Shown here in pieces: positions 20,780 to 30,165 of a DNA stretch of 64,000 nt. Below the pieces are notes generated by a model, which had not been told where the DNA came from, searched no databases, and saw nothing but the letters and a program-made list of their open reading frames with translations. The number at the start of each line of letters is the position of its first letter. The stretch's first letter is position 1. Made by a program: the position numbers and the translations under genes. This DNA is from an uncultured delta proteobacterium (GTDB lineage: Bacteria; Myxococcota; B64-G9): positions 256,001 through 320,000 of the forward strand of contig CAVWHX010000003.1 of NCBI GenBank assembly GCA_963754925.1. The letters run 5' to 3'.

Positions 20780-22051
20780 ATGCGCATCATCCTCCTCAGC
20801 ACGGGCGAAGAGGTTCTCCGGGGCGAGATTGTCGATACCAACGCCGCGTTTGCGGCTGCGTCGCTCGACGATTATGGGTTTGTCATCGGCCGGCATCTCA
20901 TCTGCGGGGACGAGCAGAGCGATCTGGTCAGCACCATTCGTCAGGCCCTGGCCGAGGGCGAGGTGGTGGTGGCGAGCGGCGGTCTCGGTCCAACCGGTGA
21001 TGATCAGACCGTCGACGCCCTGGCCGAGGCGCTCAACCTTCCGGTCGGCATCGACGCCGTATTGCTAGAACAGCTTCAGAAGCGTTTCGCCGAACGTCAC
21101 TACCCCTTCACCAAGAATCAGGTTCGCCAGGCTCGCCTGCCGGAGGGGGCTGCCGCCATACCCAACCAAGTAGGCACCGCGGTTGGGATCGAGCTCGGTA
21201 CCGGCAACAAGATGATCGTTTGGCTGCCGGGTCCCCCGGTGGAGTTTCGCGCCATGTTTCAAACTGCAGTATTGCCGCGACTGTTAGCGCTGCGCGCCTC
21301 CCAGGGTGAAACCACCGTCGCCGGGGTACGAGTCCTGCGAATATTTGGCCGCGGCGAGGGTTGGATCGAAAACAGCCTGGGTAATTTGGAGCACGAGATC
21401 CCCAATCTTAGAGTCGGATTTCGTTCGGCGATGCCCGAAGTTCAGATCAAGTTGCGCTGCCATGCCGCAACCCAAGCTCAACTCAACGAGCTGCTGGATG
21501 AGGCCGAGCAGGTCGCCCGTGCGAGACTGGGGGATGTCGTCTTCTCCAGCGACAAAACCGGTTTGCCCGATTTAGTTATCGGTCGTATGACGGAACGCGG
21601 CTTGCGTCTGGCCGCGGCCGAAAGCTGCACCGGCGGGCTTCTGGGCAAGCTGTTGACCGATATTCCGGGCTCGTCGGCGTCGTTCGTCCTCTCGGTCGTT
21701 ACCTATGCCAACGATATGAAGGAACGCCTGCTCGGGATCGACCCCGAACTGCTCGCGAGCGATGGGGCTGTCAGCGAGCGTTGCGCGCGCGCCATGGCCG
21801 AGGGCGTCCGCCGTATCTCGGGAGCGGATGTCGGCATCGCTATCACGGGAATAGCCGGCCCCAGCGGCGGGACGCCGGATACGCCGGTCGGTACGGTGCA
21901 CTTCGCTCTGTGCGATGCAAACGACACGATAGCGTACCACCACGTATTTCACGGCCTTGGGCGCGACGCCGTCCGGATGCTGTCGGCGTTTGCGGCACTC
22001 GACCTTCTCCGCCGGCGTCTGCTCGGCCTGCCGCCGCTTTCGCCGGTATAG
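20780..22051 (+). CDS. cinA: CinA family (MoCF-like domain plus PncC NMN deamidase)
   Basis: GEIVDTN, SGGLGPTGDD, AESCTGG, TGIAGP; start at ATG 20780. Confidence 0.96.
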   Translation: MRIILLSTGEEVLRGEIVDTNAAFAAASLDDYGFVIGRHLICGDEQSDLVSTIRQALAEGEVVVASGGLGPTGDDQTVDALAEALNLPVGIDAVLLEQLQKRFAERHYPFTKNQVRQARLPEGAAAIPNQVGTAVGIELGTGNKMIVWLPGPPVEFRAMFQTAVLPRLLALRASQGETTVAGVRVLRIFGRGEGWIENSLGNLEHEIPNLRVGFRSAMPEVQIKLRCHAATQAQLNELLDEAEQVARARLGDVVFSSDKTGLPDLVIGRMTERGLRLAAAESCTGGLLGKLLTDIPGSSASFVLSVVTYANDMKERLLGIDPELLASDGAVSERCARAMAEGVRRISGADVGIAITGIAGPSGGTPDTPVGTVHFALCDANDTIAYHHVFHGLGRDAVRMLSAFAALDLLRRRLLGLPPLSPV

Positions 22052-22213
22052 TCCAACCACGATAACTATGCAGAGGGATTTCTCTATTTTAGGTGCATCA
22101 CAAGGTTAACTTCGAATCTCTATTATTGATAAAATCTTCGGGTCCAGTTCAATAATTTCGTCAAATTGAGGTCCGTTAGTTGTTTTATCTGAACCTTTAT
22201 AGAATCTTTGAGA

Positions 22214-23063
22214 TCAATTTATCAAGAAGGAAGGGCTTTCAGCACAACACAGTGGTCTCGCACGAATTCCTGAAGTGGCTTCCATTCTGATATCATTTCT
22301 ATTCCTTTGAAGCTTCTCAATCTTTCTAACCCAATGGCATTCCCAAACATCAACCGGATCTTCCTTATCCCACATCTCGAAAATCTTTTGGTTCTTGTTC
22401 GAAATAATACCATGACCAGGATAGGCGTTGTCTATATAGAAATATGTCCTTGCGATATCTTCGCGTATATCTGTTTGAGGTTCGATCTTTCTGTTTTGAA
22501 TCTTTACCTGGCAACTGCCGAACGCTAGCGGTCCATTGGGAATCATCGCCATGCTGAAATTCTTGCGGAGGCCGTTAATCTCTCCCTCCGCTGGAAACAG
22601 GTTGTACATATCCGATTGCATATAACGGAACGTCAGATTTAACCTTCTCAGCACAATGGCGTCCCTTGAACCTTTTCCCCTTACTGTCGATGCAGTCCGG
22701 GTGACCTTCGCGCCACTCTTTGAAGCTTTGGCCGAAGGATTCAGCGGGGACAATGTGATCCCACTCAACACGAGTCGCACGTTTAGTTTCGACCTTTGGT
22801 ATATAGTCACAAGTTGAGAAATCGATACTCTTTCTCTCATCAAATTGGCAATCGCAGTAAATTGTCAATCGGTGTTTATTATAAACAACCCTCTCAAGAA
22901 GCTTCTTAGCTTTGTTAAAGCTCTGGATCTTGAGGTTCTTACTAACAGGAGTGGCTGATGTTGAGTCTTGGGCTAAAAGAGGGGATGAGAAAAGACAGAA
23001 TCCAGCAAATAAAACTGAAACGAAAAACGAAATTGAAATAGGTTTAGGTTCCATTCGTATCAA
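22214..23063 (-). pseudogene. Endonuclease I (EndA/Dns-like secreted DNase), frameshifted near 22640
   Basis: Signal peptide and VEWDHIVPAESFG in one frame; DMYNLFPAEGEINGLR...DIARTYFY in the next; removing one A from GTTAAATCTG joins them. Confidence 0.85.
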
Positions 23064-23282
23064 GGAGCCGTTCTTTGAACATGTTAAACTTGGCCCATGC
23101 GCCGGATGTGACAGGTCGTATCCGCTGTCATAGCCTCATGGTGCAAGCTACGGAAGGGGGAGCTCTGAATCCTGTTTCTTCTTGGCCTTCTTGTCGCAAA
23201 TAGCGATGACTGGCCGCTTGCCGGCAGCTAAAAACTTTTTAGCAAGGGGTCCGTTCGATCGCGAGGTTATGACGCTACGTTC

Positions 23283-23420
23283 TCAACTCTTTTTGGTTGC
23301 CCTCTTTGTTGCCTTCTTAGCCGTCTTCTTTTTTGCCATCCTGACCCCCATCCTTTTTACTGACTTCCTGGCCGGCTTCTTGGCAGATTTCTTTCGCTTC
23401 ACCCCGATTCCGTTCGCCAT
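23283..23420 (-). CDS. 45-aa Lys/Arg-rich basic peptide (histone H1-like composition), not in ORF track
   Basis: AAAGGAGG RBS; MANGIGVKRKKSAKKPARKSVKRMGVRMAKKKTAKKATKRATKKS*. Confidence 0.65.
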   Translation of the reverse strand: MANGIGVKRKKSAKKPARKSVKRMGVRMAKKKTAKKATKRATKKS

Positions 23421-23955
23421 CAGAGTCCCCTCCTTTCAAAATAACACGAGCGCGAGCAACGTATCTGCAATATGCGTTTCTTGCTGCAAAGAAAGTAACC
23501 ACTTCAACGATTATGCCTACAAAACCCTCCCAGGAGACAATCGAAACGCCAGGTTCTCTAGCAATGCCGAAAAAGAGGATTGGAAAGACAAACACCAAGG
23601 CTCCCCAAAACTGGTGGTAACGGTAGTGCTGATCGACTGCAACCTGAAACGCCGGGATCATGTTTGGGGCAGAAAGCCTTTGAAACTCGTCAGCTCCAAG
23701 TTGCATCTTCCGACAGAAGATTAGGTCGAAGATGACCCAACGGAACGCCATCAATTCTACGCCAAGGAATAAGGCAGCTAGCATAACAAAAAGGAAGATG
23801 CTTGTAGTGGACTGCGAAGTAACGAAGGCATTGAAAACGACATTCAAGGGTTCGTACCAAAGTGAGAGTGCGTAGACCCCGATAAGGCCAGGCAACAAGT
23901 ACGCGATCACGTATCCGAAGATCGTTGCCGAAAACTCTTTCAGAGCCGAAGCCAT
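23317..23955 (-). CDS. Hypothetical multi-pass membrane protein
   Basis: GAGGT RBS, about four hydrophobic segments, strong upstream promoter. Confidence 0.75.
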   Translation of the reverse strand: MASALKEFSATIFGYVIAYLLPGLIGVYALSLWYEPLNVVFNAFVTSQSTTSIFLFVMLAALFLGVELMAFRWVIFDLIFCRKMQLGADEFQRLSAPNMIPAFQVAVDQHYRYHQFWGALVFVFPILFFGIAREPGVSIVSWEGFVGIIVEVVTFFAARNAYCRYVARARVILKGGDSDGERNRGEAKEICQEAGQEVSKKDGGQDGKKEDG

Positions 23956-24150
23956 GAGCTACCTCACCTAACACCAGTGTCGGAAATGTAAACAATACGC
24001 CCTAATCACTATTAATATGGTTTTCTGGTAAAAACACCTTCGCGTTTCGCTTCCAGATCACAAACCATGCCCGCCTCATGTTACCCAATCAGCGACTCCG
24101 TCGTTCAGTTATTTTGAAATTTCGGCAGGGTCTTTGATGTTTGTAAAGAA

Positions 24151-24226
24151 ATTATAGCATTTGAAAATGGTGAGTCAAAAACTTAGCTACTGAGCTTGTC
24201 CACGTCTACTCGCCCTCTTACAAAAG
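24151..24226 (-). promoter_or_regulatory. Repeated module copy 1 containing sigma70 promoter TTGACT-N16-TATAAT with TG extension
   Basis: -35 at 24173-24178, -10 at 24151-24156; closely similar to 26444-26518. Confidence 0.8.
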
Positions 24227-24294
24227 GCTAGCAATATTGGGCACTACAGCAATGTTTAGCAACCATGACCTGCCCCCGTTCATAGGACCACTCT

Positions 24295-25206
24295 CTATGA
24301 GAGTTGTTCATGGTTAACCATCGTTCCTTTATCCATAGCAACAACAGTTTTCAGAGCGAAGGGAGCCGGAGGCGACCGAAGCTCTGAAAACTGTCGCGCG
24401 AACTCCGCCGGTGTCTCCTGTCCCAGCGAACTGTGCGGCCGCACATGATTGTAATCCATCCGCCATGATTCGATTTTATTACGAGCATCTTGTAGATTTA
24501 TAAACCAATGTTGATTGAGACATTCATCTCGAAATTTGCCGTTGAAGCTTTCGATCAGGGCATTCTGCACCGGCTTGCCTGGCTCGATAAAATGCAACTG
24601 CACCCCATGCCGGTACGCCCAGAGGTCCAGCGCGCGACTCGTGAACTCCGGACCGTTATCCGTCACCATCGCTTCGGGATACCTACCCCGTTCAGCGGCA
24701 ATATCGTCCAAAATCCTGGCCACCCGGCTGCCGGAAATGGACGTGTCCACGGGTAAGGCAAGACTCTCTCGACTGAATTCATCCAGCACGCTCAACACCT
24801 TCAACCGTCGCCCATCTGAGAGACAATCAGACAGAAAATCCATCGACCATCGCTCGTTGAGTCCTTCCGGAAGACGCAGCGGCTGCCGCGCGATGCTCCG
24901 GTATCTCTTGCGCTGCTTCTTCCTCACGCTCAATCCCTCTTGCCGATACAGCCGATACACGCGCTTGTGGTTCACGACGAACCCTTCGCGGCGCAACAAC
25001 ACCTGCAAGCGCCGGTAGCCGAAGCGCACCCGCTGCGCCGCAAGCTCTAAAAGACGCTCCCGCAACTGCGGATACAGTTGGCCTACCGAACGGTACCGAA
25101 AGCTCGATCGCCCGATCCTCATCAGCCCGCAGGCGCGTCGTTCGCTCACCCCAAATTCATCGCGGGCATGCACAACGGCCTGCTTTCGCGCCGCGGGCTT
25201 CACCAT
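24295..25206 (-). CDS. IS3 transposase OrfB (DDE integrase core)
   Basis: WSMDF, TDNGPEF, IESFNGKFRDE. Confidence 0.96.
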   Translation of the reverse strand: MVKPAARKQAVVHARDEFGVSERRACGLMRIGRSSFRYRSVGQLYPQLRERLLELAAQRVRFGYRRLQVLLRREGFVVNHKRVYRLYRQEGLSVRKKQRKRYRSIARQPLRLPEGLNERWSMDFLSDCLSDGRRLKVLSVLDEFSRESLALPVDTSISGSRVARILDDIAAERGRYPEAMVTDNGPEFTSRALDLWAYRHGVQLHFIEPGKPVQNALIESFNGKFRDECLNQHWFINLQDARNKIESWRMDYNHVRPHSSLGQETPAEFARQFSELRSPPAPFALKTVVAMDKGTMVNHEQLS

Positions 25207-25466
25207 TTTCTTGAGTTGATATCCCTCAAGATCTGGTTGTCGAGAGTGAGATCGGCCACGGCCCGCTTCAGCCTTCGGTTTTCTTCCTCAAGCTGCTTCA
25301 GCCGCCGCGCCTCGCTGACGTCCATCCCGCCGTACTTGGATTTCCAACGGTAGTACGTTTGTTCGCAGAAGCCATGCGTGCGACACAGATCAGACAGCTT
25401 CACCCCCGCTTCGGCTTCTTTCAATATCCCGATGATCTTATCCTCAGAAAACCGTTTCCCTTTCAT
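25200..25466 (-). CDS. IS3 transposase OrfA (HTH)
   Basis: RFSEDKIIGIL...YYRWKSKYGG; overlaps OrfB in the -1 frame. Confidence 0.96.
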   Translation of the reverse strand: MKGKRFSEDKIIGILKEAEAGVKLSDLCRTHGFCEQTYYRWKSKYGGMDVSEARRLKQLEEENRRLKRAVADLTLDNQILRDINSRKW

Positions 25467-25550
25467 TGAGCAAGCTCCTTTCCGGCATTCTAGCCGAAGG
25501 AACTCTCATTGAAAATGGTCCAGTTTTTTGGGGGCAGGTCAACCAATTAC

Positions 25551-26258
25551 CTACCGAGAAATCATCTCTGTTTCAACCCGCAGTTCTGGTTCTCCGATAG
25601 CTCCGGAAATCGTTAATGAACCCTCACTTTTTATCTTTCCAGAAAATACTATCTTGTCACCTGCGCGGAGTTGACCAAACATCGCTGCCATAGATTCTGG
25701 ATGGTTCAAATGATACTCAACGTAACCATGGGAGCATGTAACTATTTTGTCAGTAACCACCCTAACCACATCACAAACCCATAATGTCGCGGAAAGATTA
25801 TTTGATTTCAACGAAGATCTGAAAGATTGCATCTTGCCTTCTGTATTCTCTATCTGCAAGTAATTATCGTTATTTTTAGCAACACGATATTCGTTCTTCA
25901 TACTAGCCAACATATTCTCCAATTCCGTCTGACCTGGTGGAACTGGTCTTGATGTAAGAGATGAAGAAGATCCACATGAAAACCATCCATTAAACCATGC
26001 AAGCATTGCAAGAATCATAATTGACACGAGAATATAGAATCCAATAGCTTGCCCCTTTGTCATACCGGCTGTGACGCTTTTAGACGTGTTATTTTGTTGC
26101 TGAACCTGTTGTTTGACTTGTTGCTGTACCGGCTTTTGCTCTTTTTGAACCGTTAGTTCTTTAACCATTGTTTCGACAGGCGCGCCGCAATGCGGGCATG
26201 CTGAGGCTTTATCGGACAACTGCTTACCGCATTCACTACAATTGATAAGAGCCATCAT
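25551..26258 (-). CDS. Zinc-ribbon membrane protein with probable C-terminal OB-like domain
   Basis: CSECG...CPHCG, Gln-rich linker, one transmembrane helix; GGAGG RBS. Confidence 0.8.
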   Translation of the reverse strand: MMALINCSECGKQLSDKASACPHCGAPVETMVKELTVQKEQKPVQQQVKQQVQQQNNTSKSVTAGMTKGQAIGFYILVSIMILAMLAWFNGWFSCGSSSSLTSRPVPPGQTELENMLASMKNEYRVAKNNDNYLQIENTEGKMQSFRSSLKSNNLSATLWVCDVVRVVTDKIVTCSHGYVEYHLNHPESMAAMFGQLRAGDKIVFSGKIKSEGSLTISGAIGEPELRVETEMISR

Positions 26259-26443
26259 TCCCTCCTAGTGCGCTTAACGATTAAGACTTCCGAATGCATT
26301 CTGAACCTCTTTTGCAAATTTAAATTCGTCCTGACCCTGAGGATGTTTTGCGAATACATAATGGGTTTCGTTTTACCCCTTCCCCGACTTTGTTACTCAT
26401 TTATGTAGAGATTTCGTTAGGGTCGTTGATGCTGATAAATTAA

Positions 26444-26518
26444 ATTGTAGCATTTTAAAATGGTGAGTCAAAAACTTAGCCACTGAGCTTGCCATGTCTA
26501 CTCACACTCTTACAAAAG
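26444..26518 (-). promoter_or_regulatory. Repeated module copy 2 containing TTGACT-N16-TACAAT
   Basis: -35 at 26466-26471, -10 at 26444-26449; direct repeat of 24151-24226. Confidence 0.8.
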
Positions 26519-26610
26519 ACGTGTTAAATGGGGGAACAATACAGTGGTTCGATTGTTGCGATTAAAAGAAAGGGTATATAATATACTTGTTATTGCAAGG
26601 GGGGTATCCA

Positions 26611-26847
26611 ATGAGGATCAAAGGGGTGGTTGCTCGTCTGGAGGTTTGTCTTTGTGTTTCCGGTTTGATTTCAGCTTGCAGTGGCCCTATAGGGACTTTC
26701 TTTTCTAATTTCCGGCATACAACAATCGCTCAATCAACATCAAGTACATCTAGTATAGAGGTTTTCTATAATAAATTAAATACAGCTGAAGTAGATATTG
26801 CGAAACGAGTTGCAGGTGATGTCCCTGCGCCTTCAGCCAAAGGATGA
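26611..26847 (+). pseudogene. Putative lipoprotein truncated by IS copy 2
   Basis: MRIKG...LISAC lipobox-like; the stop codon is the TGA of the IS end. Confidence 0.55.
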
Positions 26848-26919
26848 CGTGCCCCCCGAAAACTGGACCATTTTCAATGAGAGTTCCTTCGGCTAGAATG
26901 CCGGAAAGGAGCTTGCTCA

Positions 26920-27186
26920 ATGAAAGGGAAACGGTTTTCTGAGGATAAGATCATCGGGATATTGAAAGAAGCCGAAGCGGGGGTGAAGCTGTCTGATCTC
27001 TGTCGCACACATGGCTTCTGCGAACAAACGTACTACCGTTGGAAATCCAAGTACGGCGGGATGGACGTCAGCGAGGCGCGGCGGCTGAAGCAGCTTGAGG
27101 AAGAAAACCGAAGGCTGAAGCGTGCCGTGGCCGATCTCACTCTCGACAACCAGATCTTGAGGGATATCAACTCAAGAAAATGGTGA
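26920..27186 (+). CDS. IS3 transposase OrfA
   Basis: Protein identical to 25200-25466. Confidence 0.96.
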   Translation: MKGKRFSEDKIIGILKEAEAGVKLSDLCRTHGFCEQTYYRWKSKYGGMDVSEARRLKQLEEENRRLKRAVADLTLDNQILRDINSRKW

Positions 27187-28091
27187 AGCCCGCAGCGCGA
27201 AAGCAGGCCGTTGTGCATGCCCGCGAGGAATTTGGGGTGAGCGAACGACGCGCCTGCGGGCTGATGAGGATCGGGCGATCGAGCTTTCGGTACCGTTCGG
27301 TAGGCCAACTGTATCCGCAGTTGCGGGAGCGTCTTTTAGAGCTTGCGGCGCAGCGGGTACGCTTCGGATATCGACGGTTGCAGGTGTTATTGCGGCGGGA
27401 AGGGTATGTGGTGAATCACAAGCGGGTGTATCGGCTGTATCGGCAAGAGGGATTGAGCGTGAGGAAGAAGCAGCGCAAGAGATACCGGAGCATCGCGCGG
27501 CAGCCGCTGCGTCTTCCGGAAGGACTCAACGAGCGATGGTCGATGGATTTTCTATCTGATTGTCTCTCAGATGGGCGACGGTTGAAGGTGTTGAGCGTGC
27601 TGGATGAATTCAGTCGAGAGAGTCTTGCCTTACCCGTAGACACGTCCATTTCCGGCAGCCGGGTGGCCAGGATTTTGGACGATATTGCCGCTGAACGGGG
27701 TAGGTATCCCGAAGCGATGGTGACGGATAACGGTCCGGAGTTCACGAGTCGTGCGCTGGACCTCTGGGCGTACCGGCATGGGGTGCAGTTGCATTTTATC
27801 GAGCCAGGCAAGCCGGTGCAGAATGCCCTGATCGAAAGCTTCAACGGCAAATTTCGAGATGAATGTCTCAATCAACATTGGTTTATAAATCTACAAGATG
27901 CTCGTAATAAAATCGAATCATGGCGGATGGATTACAATCATGTGCGGCCACACAGTTCGCTGGGACAGGAGACACCGGCGGAGTTCGCGCGACAGTTTTC
28001 AGAGCTTCGGTCGCCTCCGGCTCCCTTCGCTCTGAAAACTGTTATTGCTATGGATAAAGGAACGATGGTTAACCATGAACAACTCTCATAG
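27180..28091 (+). CDS. IS3 transposase OrfB
   Basis: DDE motifs; nearly identical to copy 1. Confidence 0.96.
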   Translation: MVKPAARKQAVVHAREEFGVSERRACGLMRIGRSSFRYRSVGQLYPQLRERLLELAAQRVRFGYRRLQVLLRREGYVVNHKRVYRLYRQEGLSVRKKQRKRYRSIARQPLRLPEGLNERWSMDFLSDCLSDGRRLKVLSVLDEFSRESLALPVDTSISGSRVARILDDIAAERGRYPEAMVTDNGPEFTSRALDLWAYRHGVQLHFIEPGKPVQNALIESFNGKFRDECLNQHWFINLQDARNKIESWRMDYNHVRPHSSLGQETPAEFARQFSELRSPPAPFALKTVIAMDKGTMVNHEQLS

Positions 28092-28120
28092 AGAGTGGTC
28101 CTATGAACGGGGGCAGGTCA

Positions 28121-28866
28121 TTAAGGCACTTCAAGCGATACAGTACCGCCGTGTCACTCTTGGCGAGTTCATCTCCCATTTATTACCTATCAATAATCTC
28201 GATGATATTAATCAACATCTCAGTAAAATAATTAGTGTTGATTTCCTTGATAGTATTAAGACAGTTGACGCGAAGTTTGAACAACTGCTTCTTAACTCTG
28301 TTGATGCAGTTATTGGTGATGTCATAAAAGGGGTCAATGATATTTTCAATATGAGGCATGTTTTTTGTCATGAGCTTGCATTACGCGAGAGAGCTGAAAT
28401 TGAGATTATTCAGCAAGCATACATGATGATGAAAGCTTTTCTGTGTAGATCAAGTAGGTTCCTAGATAGTGTTGAACATCCTATTGATGATGGGGAGGTT
28501 ATGTGCCAGAGAGAATTAAACCAGAAAGCTAACGATGATTTTTTAGCACTTGAAGATCAGCTAAACCGTCTCATTGAGCAGATTCATGATAGAGATAAAA
28601 AGCAACTTGAAGAGGGATATAACGATCGAGTTCATCCCTCAGACGAAGAGAGCCTAAGGAAGGATATTGAAGACGTGCATGTTGCGTTTATGAACTATAG
28701 AGAAATTAGTGCTCGTTATGATGCTAGGGACTGGATAGGTGGTTCTGGATATCCAATGGTGTACTTCGGTACTCTTTCCGAACTAACGAAACAGATGTTG
28801 GATGAGCTCAAGAGATCCCGCGAGATGGAGGACAATTTCAGACTATTACGTCAATATTGTTGGTAG
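28121..28866 (+). pseudogene. 5'-truncated HEPN-like plus LprI/DUF1311-like protein
   Basis: RHVFCH (RxxxxH) motif; C-terminal CQRELNQKA...GGSGYPM resembles DUF1311; N-terminus replaced by IS. Confidence 0.6.
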
Positions 28867-28960
28867 TTTCGGACTTCCGGCCTCGAGCTAGCCTTGCTGG
28901 AGGCTGTTTTGTGATCCCGTCTCTCTGCGAAAAACCCCTAAAAGCCTTCGAATCCCTCGC

Positions 28961-29101
28961 TCACAACGTCATTCGCGGAGGGTTCTTGTCGATATTTGGG
29001 TTGATGGTCTGGCCGATGTTTGGATGGACTGGCGCGTCCAGCTTGGGATTGAGCTTGTAGTACTCGGTGAGAAAATCGTCGGAGAGATGGCGGGCGGCCA
29101 T
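28961..29101 (-). pseudogene. Diverged duplicate of the 3' end of the hydrogenase small-subunit gene
   Basis: MAARHLSDDFLTEYYKLNPKLDAPVHPNI...NPPRMTL* versus AAQHLSDDFLTEYYKLNPRLDAPLHPSI...IPPRLTA* at 30268-30381. Confidence 0.88.
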
Positions 29102-29132
29102 TATCCCGTAACTATATTTATTCTATTTCATG

Positions 29133-29168
29133 TTAATTGCTTGACAAGCAATTAAAATAAAATATATT
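29133..29168 (+). promoter_or_regulatory. abiE promoter with operator palindrome over the -35
   Basis: TTAATTGCTTG-A-CAAGCAATTAA perfect inverted repeat; TTGACA-N16-TATATT ending 7 nt before the ATG. Confidence 0.75.
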
Positions 29169-29174
29169 AAACCC

Positions 29175-29975
29175 ATGAAAAGAAGACTTGGAAACCTCGA
29201 GCGCCAGCTCTTTGCATATGCCCAGCTGAGGAACGTGAAAACATTCCAAACGGGCGACCTTTGCGGACCTCTTGAGATCACCGCCAAGCAAGAGCGCGAG
29301 CTCTTCAGCCGACTTTCTCGAGCCCGGTTGATTGCTTCAGTGCGGCGTGGATTATATCTGGTACCGACTCGACTCCCTCTCGGTGCGCAATGGACCCCGA
29401 ATGAAGCGCTGGCGTTGAACACGCTAATGGATGACCGGGAAGGAGCATATCAGATTTGTGGGCCTAACGCGTTTAACCGATATGGGTTCGATGAACAGAT
29501 TCCAAATCACTTTTATGTGTACAACAATCGGATCTCCGGGGAACGCTTGATCGGCTCGGTCGCCCTGTCTTTGATCAAAGTGTCGGATGCTCGACTAGGG
29601 GACACCGAGGTAGTCAAGCTCGCGGACGGATCGAAATTGGTGTATTCCTCCCGAACGCGGACGCTCGTAGACGCAGTGTACGATTGGTCCCGCTTCGGCA
29701 GCCTGCCGCGCGGATACGAGTGGATTCGGCGCGAACTATCTGCGGGTCGTATCGAGGCTAACGACTTGGTGCGATCTGCGCTCCGTTATGGCAACCAGGG
29801 TACCGTAAGGAGGCTCGGCGTCCTGCTCGAAGATATCGGCGTGGAAGATCGGTTGCTGGCCAGGCTAAAACGAAATTTGCGTTCATCGAAGAGCTTAATT
29901 CTCTGGATTCCCAATGCAGGCGGGAGAGGAAGAGTGAGCCGACGCTGGGGAGTGATATGCAATGGCCACGGCTAG
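29175..29975 (+). CDS. AbiEi-family type IV antitoxin / transcriptional regulator
   Basis: N-terminal wHTH-like VRRGLYLV, RTLVD motif; overlaps an AbiEii-like gene. Confidence 0.85.
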   Translation: MKRRLGNLERQLFAYAQLRNVKTFQTGDLCGPLEITAKQERELFSRLSRARLIASVRRGLYLVPTRLPLGAQWTPNEALALNTLMDDREGAYQICGPNAFNRYGFDEQIPNHFYVYNNRISGERLIGSVALSLIKVSDARLGDTEVVKLADGSKLVYSSRTRTLVDAVYDWSRFGSLPRGYEWIRRELSAGRIEANDLVRSALRYGNQGTVRRLGVLLEDIGVEDRLLARLKRNLRSSKSLILWIPNAGGRGRVSRRWGVICNGHG

Positions 29976-30165
29976 TCGAATTGCAATACAAATCCATGAG
30001 GACGTCTCGATCTTCCAGGAGGCGGTCAACCTGACGGCCGCTCGTACGGGTTATTCTGAGCAACTCATAGAGAAAGACTACCTTTGCACCGTGCTGCTTT
30101 CCTATCTCGCCGAAACCAACGGCCTGGTTTTCAAGGGTGGTACCTGCCTAGCAAAAGCCCCGTAG
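29962..30165 (+). pseudogene. AbiEii nucleotidyltransferase toxin, N-terminal fragment
   Basis: LIEKDY and LVFKGGTCLAK; ends at a TAG inside a REP. Confidence 0.88.

Larger units (their letters stand above)
24266..25541 (-). mobile_element. IS3-family (IS407-group-like) insertion sequence, copy 1, 1276 bp
   Basis: TGACCTGCCCCC...GGACCA terminal inverted repeats; 4-bp target duplication ACCA at 24262-24265 and 25542-25545. Confidence 0.96.
26845..28120 (+). mobile_element. IS3-family insertion sequence, copy 2, 1276 bp, no target duplication
   Basis: TGACGTGCCCCCC...GGGGGCAGGTCA ends; flanks AGGA and TTAA differ. Confidence 0.96.

Noticed and set aside
859..22060. Numerous overlapping alternative-frame ORFs in the core region
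   Set aside because: Shadow ORFs expected in high-GC DNA; they overlap well-supported genes and lack motifs
23070..23200. Possible tRNA or structured RNA
   Set aside because: No cloverleaf, T-loop or recognisable family motif
23182..23724. 180-aa plus-strand ORF
   Set aside because: Antisense shadow of the Lys-rich peptide and membrane gene (Phe/Leu runs mirror Lys codons); no RBS
24151..26518. CRISPR array or classical attC sites for the ~75-bp repeat
   Set aside because: Only two copies 2.3 kb apart, no spacers or cas genes, and no attC-type inverted core sites
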